Shown here: positions 1 through 9,600 of the stretch, in pieces
How positions within the stretch are numbered: position 1 is the first letter of the stretch
How the letters are laid out: every line of letters starts with the position of its first letter
Source: Desulfuromonadales bacterium
GTDB lineage: Bacteria; Desulfobacterota; Desulfuromonadia; Desulfuromonadales; SZUA-540
Assembly (NCBI GenBank): GCA_033549025.1
Contig: JAWSUS010000017.1
Location: 1-64,000 of the forward strand
Length of the DNA stretch: 64,000 bases
Reading direction: 5' to 3'
Position numbers and translations under genes: made by a program
Notes under the pieces: model-generated
Told to the model about the DNA's origin: nothing
The model's database searches: none
What the model saw: only the letters and a program-made list of their open reading frames with translations

Positions 1-320
1 ATCTAACGCCATACGAAAAGTTGCTGGATCATTTCTATGGCTTAAAAGTGTAAACAACGCGTTCAGATCTAACAATTTAGGTGATATGATTGTTGAATAA
101 ACAAAAGGTTTTTGACTCATTAGAAAATATTCTCTTGACAGTTTGTGTCAATATATCAGAATGATTAAGTGCTAAATACTTATATTGATTGCTGTATATC
201 TGTAAATCTGAATGATGGAATGACGGGTTGTGTTTTGATGCGAGCAAGCTTCTTGTCGTTATCTTACCTCGAATAGGGCGCGTGCTGTAACACCGACAGA
301 AAGGGGAAGGTAGGAATCGC

Positions 321-1838
321 ATGGCGAATAATCGGGTACTGGTCGTTGATGACGAACAATTGATCCGCTGGTCTCTGGGGACGTCCCTGGGAAAAAGCGG
401 TTATGAGACCGATACCGCCGGCACGGGGGAGGAGGCCCTCGCCAAACTGCATTCCTTCTCGCCGGATGTTGTCCTGCTGGATGTCTTTCTGCCTGATGCC
501 AATGGGTTGGACCTGCTCAAGCAGATGAAAGCTCATGATCCCAGCCTGGCGGTCATTATCATTACCGCCAACTCGCATATGGACTCCGCCGTCGAAGCTT
601 TAAAGCAAGGGGCGGAAGATTTTATCGGCAAACCGTTCAACATCGCTGCCATCCATCAGACGATCGCTCAGGCTCTTGAAAAAAGAACCCTGAATATGCC
701 GATCAACCCGCCCCAGCCACTCGCGTCACCCGAAGAAGATTACGACCGGCTCATCGGCACCGGCGCCAAGATGATGGAAGTTTTCAAGATGATCAAGGTC
801 TGTGCCGAAGCGCAGTGCAAGACCGTGCTCATCCTTGGCGAAAGTGGCACCGGCAAAGAACTCGTGGCCCGGGCCCTCCATCAGCACAGTCCCCGCCGTG
901 ACCGGCCGTTTATCGATATCAACTGTGCGGCCATCCCCGAGCATCTTCTCGAAAACGAACTCTTCGGCCATGAAAAGGGTGCTTTTACCAGCGCCGCCAA
1001 TTCGGAAAAAGGCATTTTTGCCGCGGCGGATGGCGGTACGGTCTTTTTGGACGAAATCGGCGACATGCCTTTGGCCATGCAGGCGAAAATTCTCAAGGTG
1101 ATCGAGAACAAGCGCTATCGTCGGCTGGGCAGCAACCGGGACTCGGAAGTCGACGTTCGCATCATCGCCGCCACCAACCAGAACCTGTCGGCCATGGTGC
1201 AAGAAGGAACCTTCCGCGGCGATCTCTTTTTTCGTCTCAATGTCCTGAGCATTCAACTCCCGCCCTTGCGCGAACGCCGCGAGAACATCGGGCAGATCGC
1301 CTCTTATTTCATTGATAAGATCAACCGAAGCTACAATAAAAAAATCGAGGGACTGGCTCCGGAGGCGGTCGATTGTCTTAACCGCTACAATTGGCCAGGA
1401 AACTGCCGTGAACTGCGGAATGTCATCGAACGCGCCATGATTATGGAACCGGGGCCGCTTTTAACCTCCCGGTTTTTTCCGCCTGAAGTTCAGGATCCGG
1501 TCGATGCTTTTATCGACGGCCAGGAACCGGGAGCCACTGCTTTTGACCGTTCGTCATCAGCCAACATCCATGATTTTCCCTCCTCGATTCAGGCCGAAGA
1601 GGCCGTTTTTGCGGATGATCCGAGCCTGCCTCGGGTCATTCTGCCCCCGGAAGGGATTTCTATCGAGGCCGTCGAAAAGGCTTACATCATGCAGGCATTG
1701 ACCCGCTACCGGGGCAATCAGACCCGGGCCGCCAAGTGTCTCGGCATGAGTCTCGACACCCTGCGCTACCGGCGCAAGAAGTTCGGGCTTGAAAACTATC
1801 CCAATGATGAGCAGGAGGCCTCTGCCTCGGCAGGCTAG
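321..1838 (+). CDS. Sigma54-dependent response regulator (REC-AAA+-Fis HTH, NtrC/AtoC family)
   Basis: Receiver domain (VLVVDDE...LLDVFLP), Walker A GESGTGKE, GAFTSA loop, WPGNCREL, C-terminal HTH GNQTRAAKCLG. Confidence 0.95.
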   Translation: MANNRVLVVDDEQLIRWSLGTSLGKSGYETDTAGTGEEALAKLHSFSPDVVLLDVFLPDANGLDLLKQMKAHDPSLAVIIITANSHMDSAVEALKQGAEDFIGKPFNIAAIHQTIAQALEKRTLNMPINPPQPLASPEEDYDRLIGTGAKMMEVFKMIKVCAEAQCKTVLILGESGTGKELVARALHQHSPRRDRPFIDINCAAIPEHLLENELFGHEKGAFTSAANSEKGIFAAADGGTVFLDEIGDMPLAMQAKILKVIENKRYRRLGSNRDSEVDVRIIAATNQNLSAMVQEGTFRGDLFFRLNVLSIQLPPLRERRENIGQIASYFIDKINRSYNKKIEGLAPEAVDCLNRYNWPGNCRELRNVIERAMIMEPGPLLTSRFFPPEVQDPVDAFIDGQEPGATAFDRSSSANIHDFPSSIQAEEAVFADDPSLPRVILPPEGISIEAVEKAYIMQALTRYRGNQTRAAKCLGMSLDTLRYRRKKFGLENYPNDEQEASASAG

Positions 1839-1890
1839 CGCTCGCCGGTTACACTTTTCTTTCTTGTCTCAAATCCCGTAAAGGACTGCC

Positions 1891-3246
1891 ATGTGCCCAC
1901 CCGTGTTCAGTGGCCGTTTTGCCCCTCTGCTGGTTGCGCTCTTTTTTTTCGGAGCGGCAGGATCTGCGGCCCTGGCCCAGGACTGTCTCACCTCAGGCTG
2001 CCACGCCGGGATGCAGACACAGGATTCCCGCCATGCGCTGGTGCAGGCGGGTGAGTGTCTATCCTGTCATCTGGTCGAGGGCACTTCCCATCCGCAGAAA
2101 GGGGGCCCGACAATCGTTCTTGTGGAGAGCGGGGTGAAGCTGTGCAGTCAGTGTCATGAGGAATTCGGGAAAAAACGTCTTGTCCACGCGCCGGCCCAGG
2201 CGGGGGAGTGCACCGCCTGCCATGACCCGCACGGGGGAAGGCCAGCGCTGCTCAGCGTCGATAAGGGGGATGTGCGGCCACTCTGTTTCGGTTGCCACGA
2301 TGAGCAGGGTTTCGAGGCCCAGGTCATGCACGGCCCCGCTGCCGTAGGCGCCTGTCTTGAATGCCACAACCCCCATGAATCGAATACCGCCGCTCTTCTT
2401 AAGCAAACGCCGGTGCAAACCTGTACCCGCTGCCATGCCGACATGGCGGAAGGGCTGGAGCAGTCTCCCGTTGTCCATACCGCCGTGCGCGAATCCGAAT
2501 GTACCACCTGCCACAACCCTCATGCCGCTCCCGTCAAAAAACTGCTGAAACAGGCACAGCCCGACCTGTGCCTCGGCTGCCACCCGGCTTTCGGCGACAA
2601 ACTGACTAAATCATCCACCCGGCACGCGCCGCTTTATCGCGAGGAAAGTTGCGGATCCTGCCATTCCACACACTTTTCCGACTACCCGGCCCTGCTTCCC
2701 GCCCCCCAGCAGGAGGTCTGTCTTTCCTGTCACGGCAAGGATGACAACCGCCGCTCCCGGCCCCTTAAAAACATGGCCCGTGAACTCGAGGGCAAATCGA
2801 TGCTGCATGGTCCCGTGGCCGAAGGGGCCTGCGCCGCCTGTCACGATCCCCACGGCTCCGATTATTTCCGCCTGCTGAAAAACGCCTATCCGGAAGGTTT
2901 CTATGCGCCTTTCAAGCCGGATACCTACGCCCTGTGCATGGACTGCCACGACAGCGACATGCTGCGATTCCCTGAGACCTCCATTTATACCGACTTCCGC
3001 AATGGCAAGAACAATCTCCATTACGTCCATGTCGCCGACCCCTGGAAGGGGCGCAGTTGCCGGGCCTGTCATGAGCCCCATGCCAGCAACCTGGATAAAC
3101 TGATCAGCGAACAGGGGGCCGCTTTCGGCGACTGGCGCATTCCCACCCGTTTTCAGAAAACAGATACGGGGGGCGGCTGCACGCCTGGCTGTCATCGTAG
3201 CCTCTCCTATGATCGTGACAATCCCGTGGACTACCAAACGCCCTGA
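1891..3246 (+). CDS. Periplasmic multiheme cytochrome c (13 CxxCH plus CX4CH and CX3CH, ~15 hemes)
   Basis: Signal peptide ending ALA; repeated H-x-P...CxxCHxPH paired-heme units counted in the translation. Confidence 0.92.
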   Translation: MCPPVFSGRFAPLLVALFFFGAAGSAALAQDCLTSGCHAGMQTQDSRHALVQAGECLSCHLVEGTSHPQKGGPTIVLVESGVKLCSQCHEEFGKKRLVHAPAQAGECTACHDPHGGRPALLSVDKGDVRPLCFGCHDEQGFEAQVMHGPAAVGACLECHNPHESNTAALLKQTPVQTCTRCHADMAEGLEQSPVVHTAVRESECTTCHNPHAAPVKKLLKQAQPDLCLGCHPAFGDKLTKSSTRHAPLYREESCGSCHSTHFSDYPALLPAPQQEVCLSCHGKDDNRRSRPLKNMARELEGKSMLHGPVAEGACAACHDPHGSDYFRLLKNAYPEGFYAPFKPDTYALCMDCHDSDMLRFPETSIYTDFRNGKNNLHYVHVADPWKGRSCRACHEPHASNLDKLISEQGAAFGDWRIPTRFQKTDTGGGCTPGCHRSLSYDRDNPVDYQTP

Positions 3247-3276
3247 TCTTTCTCCTAAAAAGATTCCGACTTTTAC

Positions 3277-3305
3277 GACCCTGCTGTAGCGGGGTCTTTT
3301 TTTTT
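3277..3305 (+). terminator. Rho-independent terminator
   Basis: GACCCTGC-tgta-GCGGGGTC followed by a T run. Confidence 0.7.
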
Positions 3306-3503
3306 GTTTCTGGCAGGTGGGGATATGGCCTTCAGGGTGGCCAAAGTGGGTAAATGGCAAGGCGTCAGGCAATGAAAGGATAAGGTTCTCCCCCCAGCCT
3401 GCCCCGAATGTCACCCTGGGTATGGGGTGAGGCCTGTTTGGGGGGTGTTTTGTAACTATCTGAAACTAAAAAGAAAAAAATCACTAAAATTTGAAGTGGC
3501 CTC

Positions 3504-3520
3504 TTGGCATTGCCCTTGCT
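3504..3520 (+). promoter_or_regulatory. Sigma54 (-24/-12) promoter
   Basis: TTGGCATTGCCCTTGCT: GG-N10-GC with TGGCA/TTGC consensus, upstream of the OmcE-like gene. Confidence 0.8.
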
Positions 3521-3697
3521 CTAAGCAAGGGCAGCAAGACGAGATCATTTCTTCTTTGGGGGAAGAGATGGTCACTGCTCCGGAAGGTCCCTGCACATGG
3601 GGTGCCTGTGGCCGAAGGGCAGGTGAGAAAAGAGCTGAACGTGGACAATGGAGGTTTTTACAAACGTACTTTTTAATGAATTCTAAGGAGATCCAAA

Positions 3698-4390
3698 ATG
3701 AGCAAGATGAAGAAGTTGCTTATCGCCTTGTGCGCCGTCGCACTCACTGCCACTGTTTCTTTTGCTGCCACTAATGCTTATACCCCTGGCAGCGGTATCG
3801 TTGGTTCACCCCATGATATGACGATGCTGGACGATGTCCCTGACGCCCAGGGCCGCGTCTGCGCCTACTGCCACACCCCGCATCATGCGGAAGACGCCAG
3901 CCTTTCCGATTACATGCCTCTGTGGACCAAACCGCTGACCCAGGAAGTCTTTATGCCTTATACCAGTTCGACTTTGGATGCGGTGGTCAGCCTCGATGTA
4001 GTGGATGGCCCCTCTCGTCTGTGCATGAGCTGCCATGACGGCGTCGTCGCTTACGACTCCTATTATGGCAAGGTGGGCAATGACACACTGGTCGGTGATT
4101 TTTACAATGAATATGCTGTCGGTACCGGCGGTATTCTAATGAACGACCATCCCATCGGTTTCAACTACCTCGACGTCGCCACGGCGGATAACGAGATCAA
4201 CGATGCCGCCACGCCGTTCATGGGCAGCACCAAAGGTGTGACCATTGCCGATGTCCTTTGGGATGGCACCACCTTCACCTGTGCCAGCTGCCACGATGTT
4301 CATAACAGCGCCAACACCGTTATGGACGCCTACTTCCTCTACGCACCTCAGGCCGATTCGCAGATCTGCCGCAGCTGTCACGCCAAGTAA
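3698..4390 (+). CDS. OmcE-like tetraheme cytochrome c (possible nanowire subunit)
   Basis: 230 aa, signal peptide, 4 CxxCH in the OmcE pattern: HD...CxxCHTPH...PLW...CMSCHDG...NDHP...CxSCHxVH...FL...CxxCHxK-stop; RBS AAGGAG. Confidence 0.85.
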   Translation: MSKMKKLLIALCAVALTATVSFAATNAYTPGSGIVGSPHDMTMLDDVPDAQGRVCAYCHTPHHAEDASLSDYMPLWTKPLTQEVFMPYTSSTLDAVVSLDVVDGPSRLCMSCHDGVVAYDSYYGKVGNDTLVGDFYNEYAVGTGGILMNDHPIGFNYLDVATADNEINDAATPFMGSTKGVTIADVLWDGTTFTCASCHDVHNSANTVMDAYFLYAPQADSQICRSCHAK

Positions 4391-4410
4391 ATTGCCGACT
4401 GCTGACTGCT

Positions 4411-4447
4411 GAAATGGGGGCCACTGGCTTTGGCCAGTGGCCCTTTC
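4411..4447 (+). terminator. Stem-loop / probable terminator after the OmcE-like gene
   Basis: GGGCCACTGGC-tttg-GCCAGTGGCCC followed by TTTC. Confidence 0.55.
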
Positions 4448-4584
4448 ACGTTAGTGCGCAGGTTTTACCCGTTGTTACGGTAAAAGACGTCATTTGTCGT
4501 GCAAATGACGGCCTCAGGATGTTGCTGGTCTTGTTGAAGGTATTGAAATTATTAAAAATAAAGAAGGCCTGATCGTTTATCCCC

Positions 4585-4601
4585 CGGGTATGAAGATTGC
4601 A
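4585..4601 (+). promoter_or_regulatory. Probable sigma54 promoter of the NHL/cytochrome/porin operon
   Basis: CGGGTATGAAGATTGCA (GG-N10-GC, TTGCA); perfect 9-bp inverted repeat ~80 bp upstream (4488-4510). Confidence 0.55.
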
Positions 4602-4650
4602 GCCTTCAATCTCTTGATTTGGACCACACCATCATGGGAGGCAACGCTAA

Positions 4651-5835
4651 ATGAGGAAAAACGACAGCATGATCGGAAAAATTCTCAGGGGGGTTGTTTT
4701 ATGTCTTTGCACTCTAGGGGCCTCGACGGGATGTGCGGGCAAAACGACCGTCTCAAATGACCCGATCTTTTTCCCCCCCGAGCCCAATCCCCCTCGCATA
4801 CAGTTTCTGCTGGGAATCAAGGATTCCCGCGATGTTGAGGCGAAGGACGATGGTTTTTCTCTTTTCAGTGTCCAGAACGGTAACCAGAAGACCCAGGTTC
4901 GCACGCTGGTCAAACCTTACGGTGTCGCCGTCAACGGCACGACTCTGTATGTGTCGGATACCATGCAGCGTACAGTGGCGGTGATCAACCTGGAAGAAGG
5001 ACGCTTTGAGCTGCTCAAAGGCAATTTTGGCCCTGGTTCCCTCAAAAAGCCGACCGGGATAGCCGTAGACAGCGAAGGACAGCTCTTTGTGGCCGATACT
5101 CAGCGGCGGCTGGTTCTGGCTTACGACGCCCTGGGCAATTTCGTCCGCAGCTATGGCGACGATCTCAAGATGAAACCGGTTGACGTCGCGGTCGATTCCC
5201 GTCAGGTCTATATCCTCGATTCGGAAAACCACAGTATTCGGGTTCTCGACCGTCAGAGCGGCAAGCAGAAAAGCGAGTTCGGCAACACGGGCGAGTCGGA
5301 CAGTCGGTTCCGTCTGCCCATCAGCATGACCCTGGACGACAAGGGGAAGTTTGCCGTCAGCAATGTACTCTCCGGGCGTATTCTCTCTTATGACCGGGAT
5401 GGTAATTATCTGGGCGGCTTCGGCAAGCTCGGCGATGGTTTCGGTCAGTTCAGTCGTCCCCGAGGGGTGGCGGCTGGAAAGGACGGGAGACTCTATGTCG
5501 TCGATGCCGCTTTCCAGAATGTGCAGATGTTCAACCAGGATTATCGTCTGTTGATGTTTTTCGGCGATCCCGGTCAATCCAAGGGGTCCCTGAATATACC
5601 CGCCGGTATCGCGGTTTCTTCCACACGGCTCGACTACTTCCAGACACTGGCGGCCAAGAACTTTGAATTGAGTGAACTGATTGTCGTCGCCAACCAGGAA
5701 GGTCCGGCGAAGTTGTCCATTTACGGTTTGGGACACATGCGCGGCGTGGATTACGACGCTTTCTATCGTCAGGCCGAGGAAGAGAGGCGCAAAGAGCAGC
5801 AGCGCCGCGAGAAAGAGGAAAGTCCCTCGAAATAG
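4651..5835 (+). CDS. NHL-repeat beta-propeller lipoprotein
   Basis: Lipobox-like STGC; FPPEPNPPRIQFL start; repeats such as KPTGIAVDSEGQLFVADT and RPRGVA...LYVVDA. Confidence 0.88.
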   Translation: MRKNDSMIGKILRGVVLCLCTLGASTGCAGKTTVSNDPIFFPPEPNPPRIQFLLGIKDSRDVEAKDDGFSLFSVQNGNQKTQVRTLVKPYGVAVNGTTLYVSDTMQRTVAVINLEEGRFELLKGNFGPGSLKKPTGIAVDSEGQLFVADTQRRLVLAYDALGNFVRSYGDDLKMKPVDVAVDSRQVYILDSENHSIRVLDRQSGKQKSEFGNTGESDSRFRLPISMTLDDKGKFAVSNVLSGRILSYDRDGNYLGGFGKLGDGFGQFSRPRGVAAGKDGRLYVVDAAFQNVQMFNQDYRLLMFFGDPGQSKGSLNIPAGIAVSSTRLDYFQTLAAKNFELSELIVVANQEGPAKLSIYGLGHMRGVDYDAFYRQAEEERRKEQQRREKEESPSK

Positions 5836-5862
5836 TCGTGATTCCCTGGGCAGGATGGATAG

Positions 5863-6450
5863 ATGGCGAGCAAACATGACAACCGCTGGACCTGGATTTT
5901 TTTTCTGGTCGCTTCACTATGCTGTCTCGGGATGCTCTGTGGCTGCGATCCGGTTACGCGGCACAAGGTACTTTCTACGGTTTTCGATGGAGTGCCCGCG
6001 GCTCCCAATCCTGACGACATCTGTGTGGGTTATTTGGAAGCGGATAAAACAACCGCCGCTCAGGGGGAGGGACAAGGTTCGGCTGCGACCGGGTCAAACC
6101 ACAAGCCCTATACTGAAAAGCGCTGCAACGATTGCCACGCCCAGAGCAAAACCGAGAATAGCGGACTGATTCATCCCAGACAGGAACTCTGTTTCGTCTG
6201 CCACGACACGATCATTGCCGGAACCTTTGTGCATGGTCCGGTCGCTGTCGGTGATTGTCTTGCCTGCCATCTGCCCCACAGTTCGTCCAACCCTTTTCTC
6301 CTGAGGCAACAACCGGAAAAGATCTGCCAAAGCTGCCACCGTGAGGAACGACTGGCGGCCACCATGCATCGAAAGGTGTCCGACCGGTCGATGGCCTGTG
6401 GCGACTGTCATGACCCGCATTCTGGGCAGGCCCGTTATTTCCTCCGCTGA
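5863..6450 (+). CDS. Pentaheme cytochrome c lipoprotein
   Basis: Lipobox LCGC; 5 CxxCH (CNDCH, CFVCH, CLACH, CQSCH, CGDCH). Confidence 0.88.
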   Translation: MASKHDNRWTWIFFLVASLCCLGMLCGCDPVTRHKVLSTVFDGVPAAPNPDDICVGYLEADKTTAAQGEGQGSAATGSNHKPYTEKRCNDCHAQSKTENSGLIHPRQELCFVCHDTIIAGTFVHGPVAVGDCLACHLPHSSSNPFLLRQQPEKICQSCHREERLAATMHRKVSDRSMACGDCHDPHSGQARYFLR

Positions 6451-6490
6451 CGATTCCTCAGCGGCCATCACCTCCAAACCCGGTTTTTTC

Positions 6491-8518
6491 ATGCCTTTGA
6501 CGCCACGACGACATTGCCTCCAGAAAAAATACCGGGTTTTCCGGAGGATTTGCGCTGTGGTCGCTCTGTTTCTGATTCTTCCTTCGGGCGTCATGGCCCA
6601 GCCCAAGGCTCTCTTTCTATTGGGTGATTTCCGTTCATGGGGGGAGGCGGCCTATGAACTCAATGGGTATTCCCGCAGTTCGTCGGGAAGCCGCACGTAC
6701 AGTTCCGCCGATCACGACCTGGAAGAATCTTTTCATTTTGAGGGTCTTTACGGTCTGCTTGATCATCGCTGGTGGAGCGGGCGCTTTAGTGTGGATCTGG
6801 GCCTGGCCCAGACCCTCAGTCGCAGCGACGGGCGGGGGGATGATCGCGATTTGGAAGGGGTCCGGGGAGATTTTTACCTGGATGGTCGCCTGTTCGACAA
6901 ATCCCCGGCGCCGGCCAGCTTTCTGACCAGCTACGCTCAGGAGCGGGTTCTGGTCCCTTTTGGCCGAGATTATGACCGCACGGTGACCAGCAACAGCGTC
7001 GGTCTTCAATTGCATAACGATTATCTGCCGGCCAGCATTCTCTACCGAAGCAACGAAACGCAGACGGATGGGCTCTCTCTCGACCGTACCCAGACCGTCG
7101 AAGAAACGCGCTTCCAGGTCAGCCATCGTGTTTACAGTCTCAGCCAAAGTGGCTTTACCGCCAGTCGTATGAGAAACGCCACGACTTATGCCACCAGTCT
7201 GTCGGCCCTGGAAAGCGACAGTTACGAGGTGGCCGTCACGAATCAGCTCACTTTCGGAAATGTCGCCCGCCCACATACGCTGGATTCACGCTACCGCCTG
7301 AGCAGCGAAACCGGCAGCCGCCAGTCGGAACGTACGCTGTGGGAAGAGCGTCTGCGCCTGATACCAGGCAAGGCCCTGACGGTGACGGCCGCTCACACCC
7401 TGAACAGGGATGAGACCGAGGGACAACGTCGGGACCGGCAGCGGGAAGAATTCAGCCTGGAGCATCGGTTGTTTTCCAGTTTGGTGACAAGGGTTCAGGC
7501 CGACCTGGAAAAGCGAGAATACAATAATGGCGAAGAGCAGACCCGGGGAGGCGCTTTGAACCTGAGCTATACAAAGCAACTGCCCGGCGATAGTCGTCTC
7601 GGCCTGAACCTGGGTCGGCGGGTCGCCATGACGGATCGCGATCTTGCCAGTAATGAACTGACGGTGGTCGCTGAATCTCTCCTTGTTACAGATGGCCGCG
7701 ACTTTCTGGAACAAAACTTCATCGTGCCTTCGACGGTTAGGGTCTTCAGTGCCGACCGCCTTATCCTGTACCAGGAGGGGATCGATTTTGAACTTGAGGT
7801 CGTTGGCGCGCGCACCGAACTCCTTGTTCTTGACCTGGCCGCCATCCCCACGGGAACAGATCTGTCCGTCGATTATTCCTATAGGGTGGATCAGAGCATC
7901 GATTACACCACGACTACGGACAATCTGAGCTTCACCCTGAACACCTTGGGCAATACCTGGGAGATGAAAGTCAATTATGGTCGCAGCCGGCAGGAACCTG
8001 ACGGCCCTGATCCCGGCTCCCTGTATTTGAGTGATACCCGCTTCACCCTGGTTGGTATCGACCACAATTTCGACGGAGGCAGCGCCGGTGTTCACTATGA
8101 AGACATGCGCAGCGACTGGCAGAATCAGCAATCCATTGTCGGCAATCTCTTTCGCCGCCGCGACCTCTTTGCCGGTCAGTTGGCCTTGCGTCTGAAAAAT
8201 CAATATACTTTGACCGAGACCTTGCTGAAGAGTGCGGAGGGGGCCCCCGTCAGCCGGGATACCCGGCGAAATGTCCTGAGTTTGTCCGCTGACTTTGGTC
8301 GGGTTGTTCATCACAACGGCCGACTCAATCTGCGGGGGCTGGGCCGCGTCAGCCGGGGAGACGGTATCCACGAAGATAATCTGTCGGTGACTCTGGGATA
8401 CCAGTACTGGCTCGGCCGCATGGAGTTTCGCCTGCAGTCGGAGGTGGAGTGGATGTGGAGCGACGAGAGCCGCGAACGCAACGATTACCTCTATCTTTAT
8501 GTGCGCCGCTATTTCTGA
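6491..8518 (+). CDS. Large outer-membrane beta-barrel (porin-cytochrome conduit type)
   Basis: Signal peptide, many alternating polar/hydrophobic strands, C-terminal YLYVRRYF; start uncertain (ATG 6491 chosen). Confidence 0.7.
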   Translation: MPLTPRRHCLQKKYRVFRRICAVVALFLILPSGVMAQPKALFLLGDFRSWGEAAYELNGYSRSSSGSRTYSSADHDLEESFHFEGLYGLLDHRWWSGRFSVDLGLAQTLSRSDGRGDDRDLEGVRGDFYLDGRLFDKSPAPASFLTSYAQERVLVPFGRDYDRTVTSNSVGLQLHNDYLPASILYRSNETQTDGLSLDRTQTVEETRFQVSHRVYSLSQSGFTASRMRNATTYATSLSALESDSYEVAVTNQLTFGNVARPHTLDSRYRLSSETGSRQSERTLWEERLRLIPGKALTVTAAHTLNRDETEGQRRDRQREEFSLEHRLFSSLVTRVQADLEKREYNNGEEQTRGGALNLSYTKQLPGDSRLGLNLGRRVAMTDRDLASNELTVVAESLLVTDGRDFLEQNFIVPSTVRVFSADRLILYQEGIDFELEVVGARTELLVLDLAAIPTGTDLSVDYSYRVDQSIDYTTTTDNLSFTLNTLGNTWEMKVNYGRSRQEPDGPDPGSLYLSDTRFTLVGIDHNFDGGSAGVHYEDMRSDWQNQQSIVGNLFRRRDLFAGQLALRLKNQYTLTETLLKSAEGAPVSRDTRRNVLSLSADFGRVVHHNGRLNLRGLGRVSRGDGIHEDNLSVTLGYQYWLGRMEFRLQSEVEWMWSDESRERNDYLYLYVRRYF

Positions 8519-8535
8519 GAGGGTATAGGGATTTT

Positions 8536-9600
8536 ATGGCGACAACTCTTTCCTGCAGACGCGTTTGCTTTAGGTTGGTTCTTCTGTTGCTCATCGCCCT
8601 GATGCTGGGCGGCTGCGCTCTTCAACCGAAACCTGACCTGCCGCCGCAGAAACGATTGGTGTGGCCCGGCCCGCCGCTGCCCCCCAGAATTGAATACCTG
8701 GGAGAAATTCACTCATCCCTCGACGTCGTCGAACGGACAGGTTTTTGGCAGAAATTCAGGGATACCCTCTTCGGACAGGAGGAGACAGGCTTTCGCCGGC
8801 CTTACGGGGTGTCGGTGAAATCTGGCCATCAATTATGGGTGACCGACCCCGGGGCCGGACGACTCTATCGGGTCGATGTGACGGCAAAGACTTTTAGCGT
8901 GATCGGAGAAGGGCAGGGGCTCCTTTCACCCATCGGCATCACCGTGGACGATACCGGGCGCCTCTATGTTACCGATTCGGAAAAAGGGAGCATCTATGTG
9001 CTGGCGGAAGACGAAAGGATGCAGCCCCTCTTCTCCTTTGTGCTGCGTCGGCCGACCGGCATTGCCTTCAGCCCTCGCAATGGCTGGCTCTACGTATCGG
9101 AGACCGAAGCTCACCAGGTGGTAGCTTTTGACCGTGCCGGCATCGAACAGCTGCGTTTTGGCGGGCGTGGGGACGTGCCGGGCCGCTTCAATTATCCGAC
9201 GGATGTATGGATTGCCGACGGGCGCCTTTACGTCACCGACGCCCTCAATAGCCGCATTCAGGTCTTTTCGCTGGAAGGGCAGCTTATCACCTCCTTCGGT
9301 CGTGCGGGGGATACGGCCGGCAGCTTTGCCAAGCCCAAGGGGGTAGCCACCGACAGCGAAGGCCATATTTATGTGTGCGATGCCCTCTTTGACGCCGTGC
9401 AGATATTTGATGGGGACGGCCGGCTCTTGCTGGTCTTTGGCGAGAGCGGTGGCGGACCGGGGCAGTTCTGGATGCCGGCGGGAATCCACATTGACGGACA
9501 GGACCGGGTTTACGTGGTTGATGCCTACAACCGCAGAATCCAGATTTTTCAATATCTGAAAGAGCCTGTGGTCCAGAATCCGCAAAGGAGGTCCCCGTGA
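8536..9600 (+). CDS. NHL-repeat beta-propeller lipoprotein
   Basis: Lipobox LGGC; WPGPPLPPRIEYL; six NHL repeats (FxxPxGxxxD..G.IYV.D). Confidence 0.9.
   Translation: MATTLSCRRVCFRLVLLLLIALMLGGCALQPKPDLPPQKRLVWPGPPLPPRIEYLGEIHSSLDVVERTGFWQKFRDTLFGQEETGFRRPYGVSVKSGHQLWVTDPGAGRLYRVDVTAKTFSVIGEGQGLLSPIGITVDDTGRLYVTDSEKGSIYVLAEDERMQPLFSFVLRRPTGIAFSPRNGWLYVSETEAHQVVAFDRAGIEQLRFGGRGDVPGRFNYPTDVWIADGRLYVTDALNSRIQVFSLEGQLITSFGRAGDTAGSFAKPKGVATDSEGHIYVCDALFDAVQIFDGDGRLLLVFGESGGGPGQFWMPAGIHIDGQDRVYVVDAYNRRIQIFQYLKEPVVQNPQRRSP

Noticed and set aside
1..260. AT-rich segment at the window start and ORF 77-322
   Set aside because: Consistent with an intergenic promoter region; no transposase, integrase or att evidence, and the ORF has no protein-like features.
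976..1000. GAFTSA instead of GAFTGA in the sigma54 activator
   Set aside because: The key F and T are retained and this position varies (GAFTDA in the other activator); no evidence of lost function.
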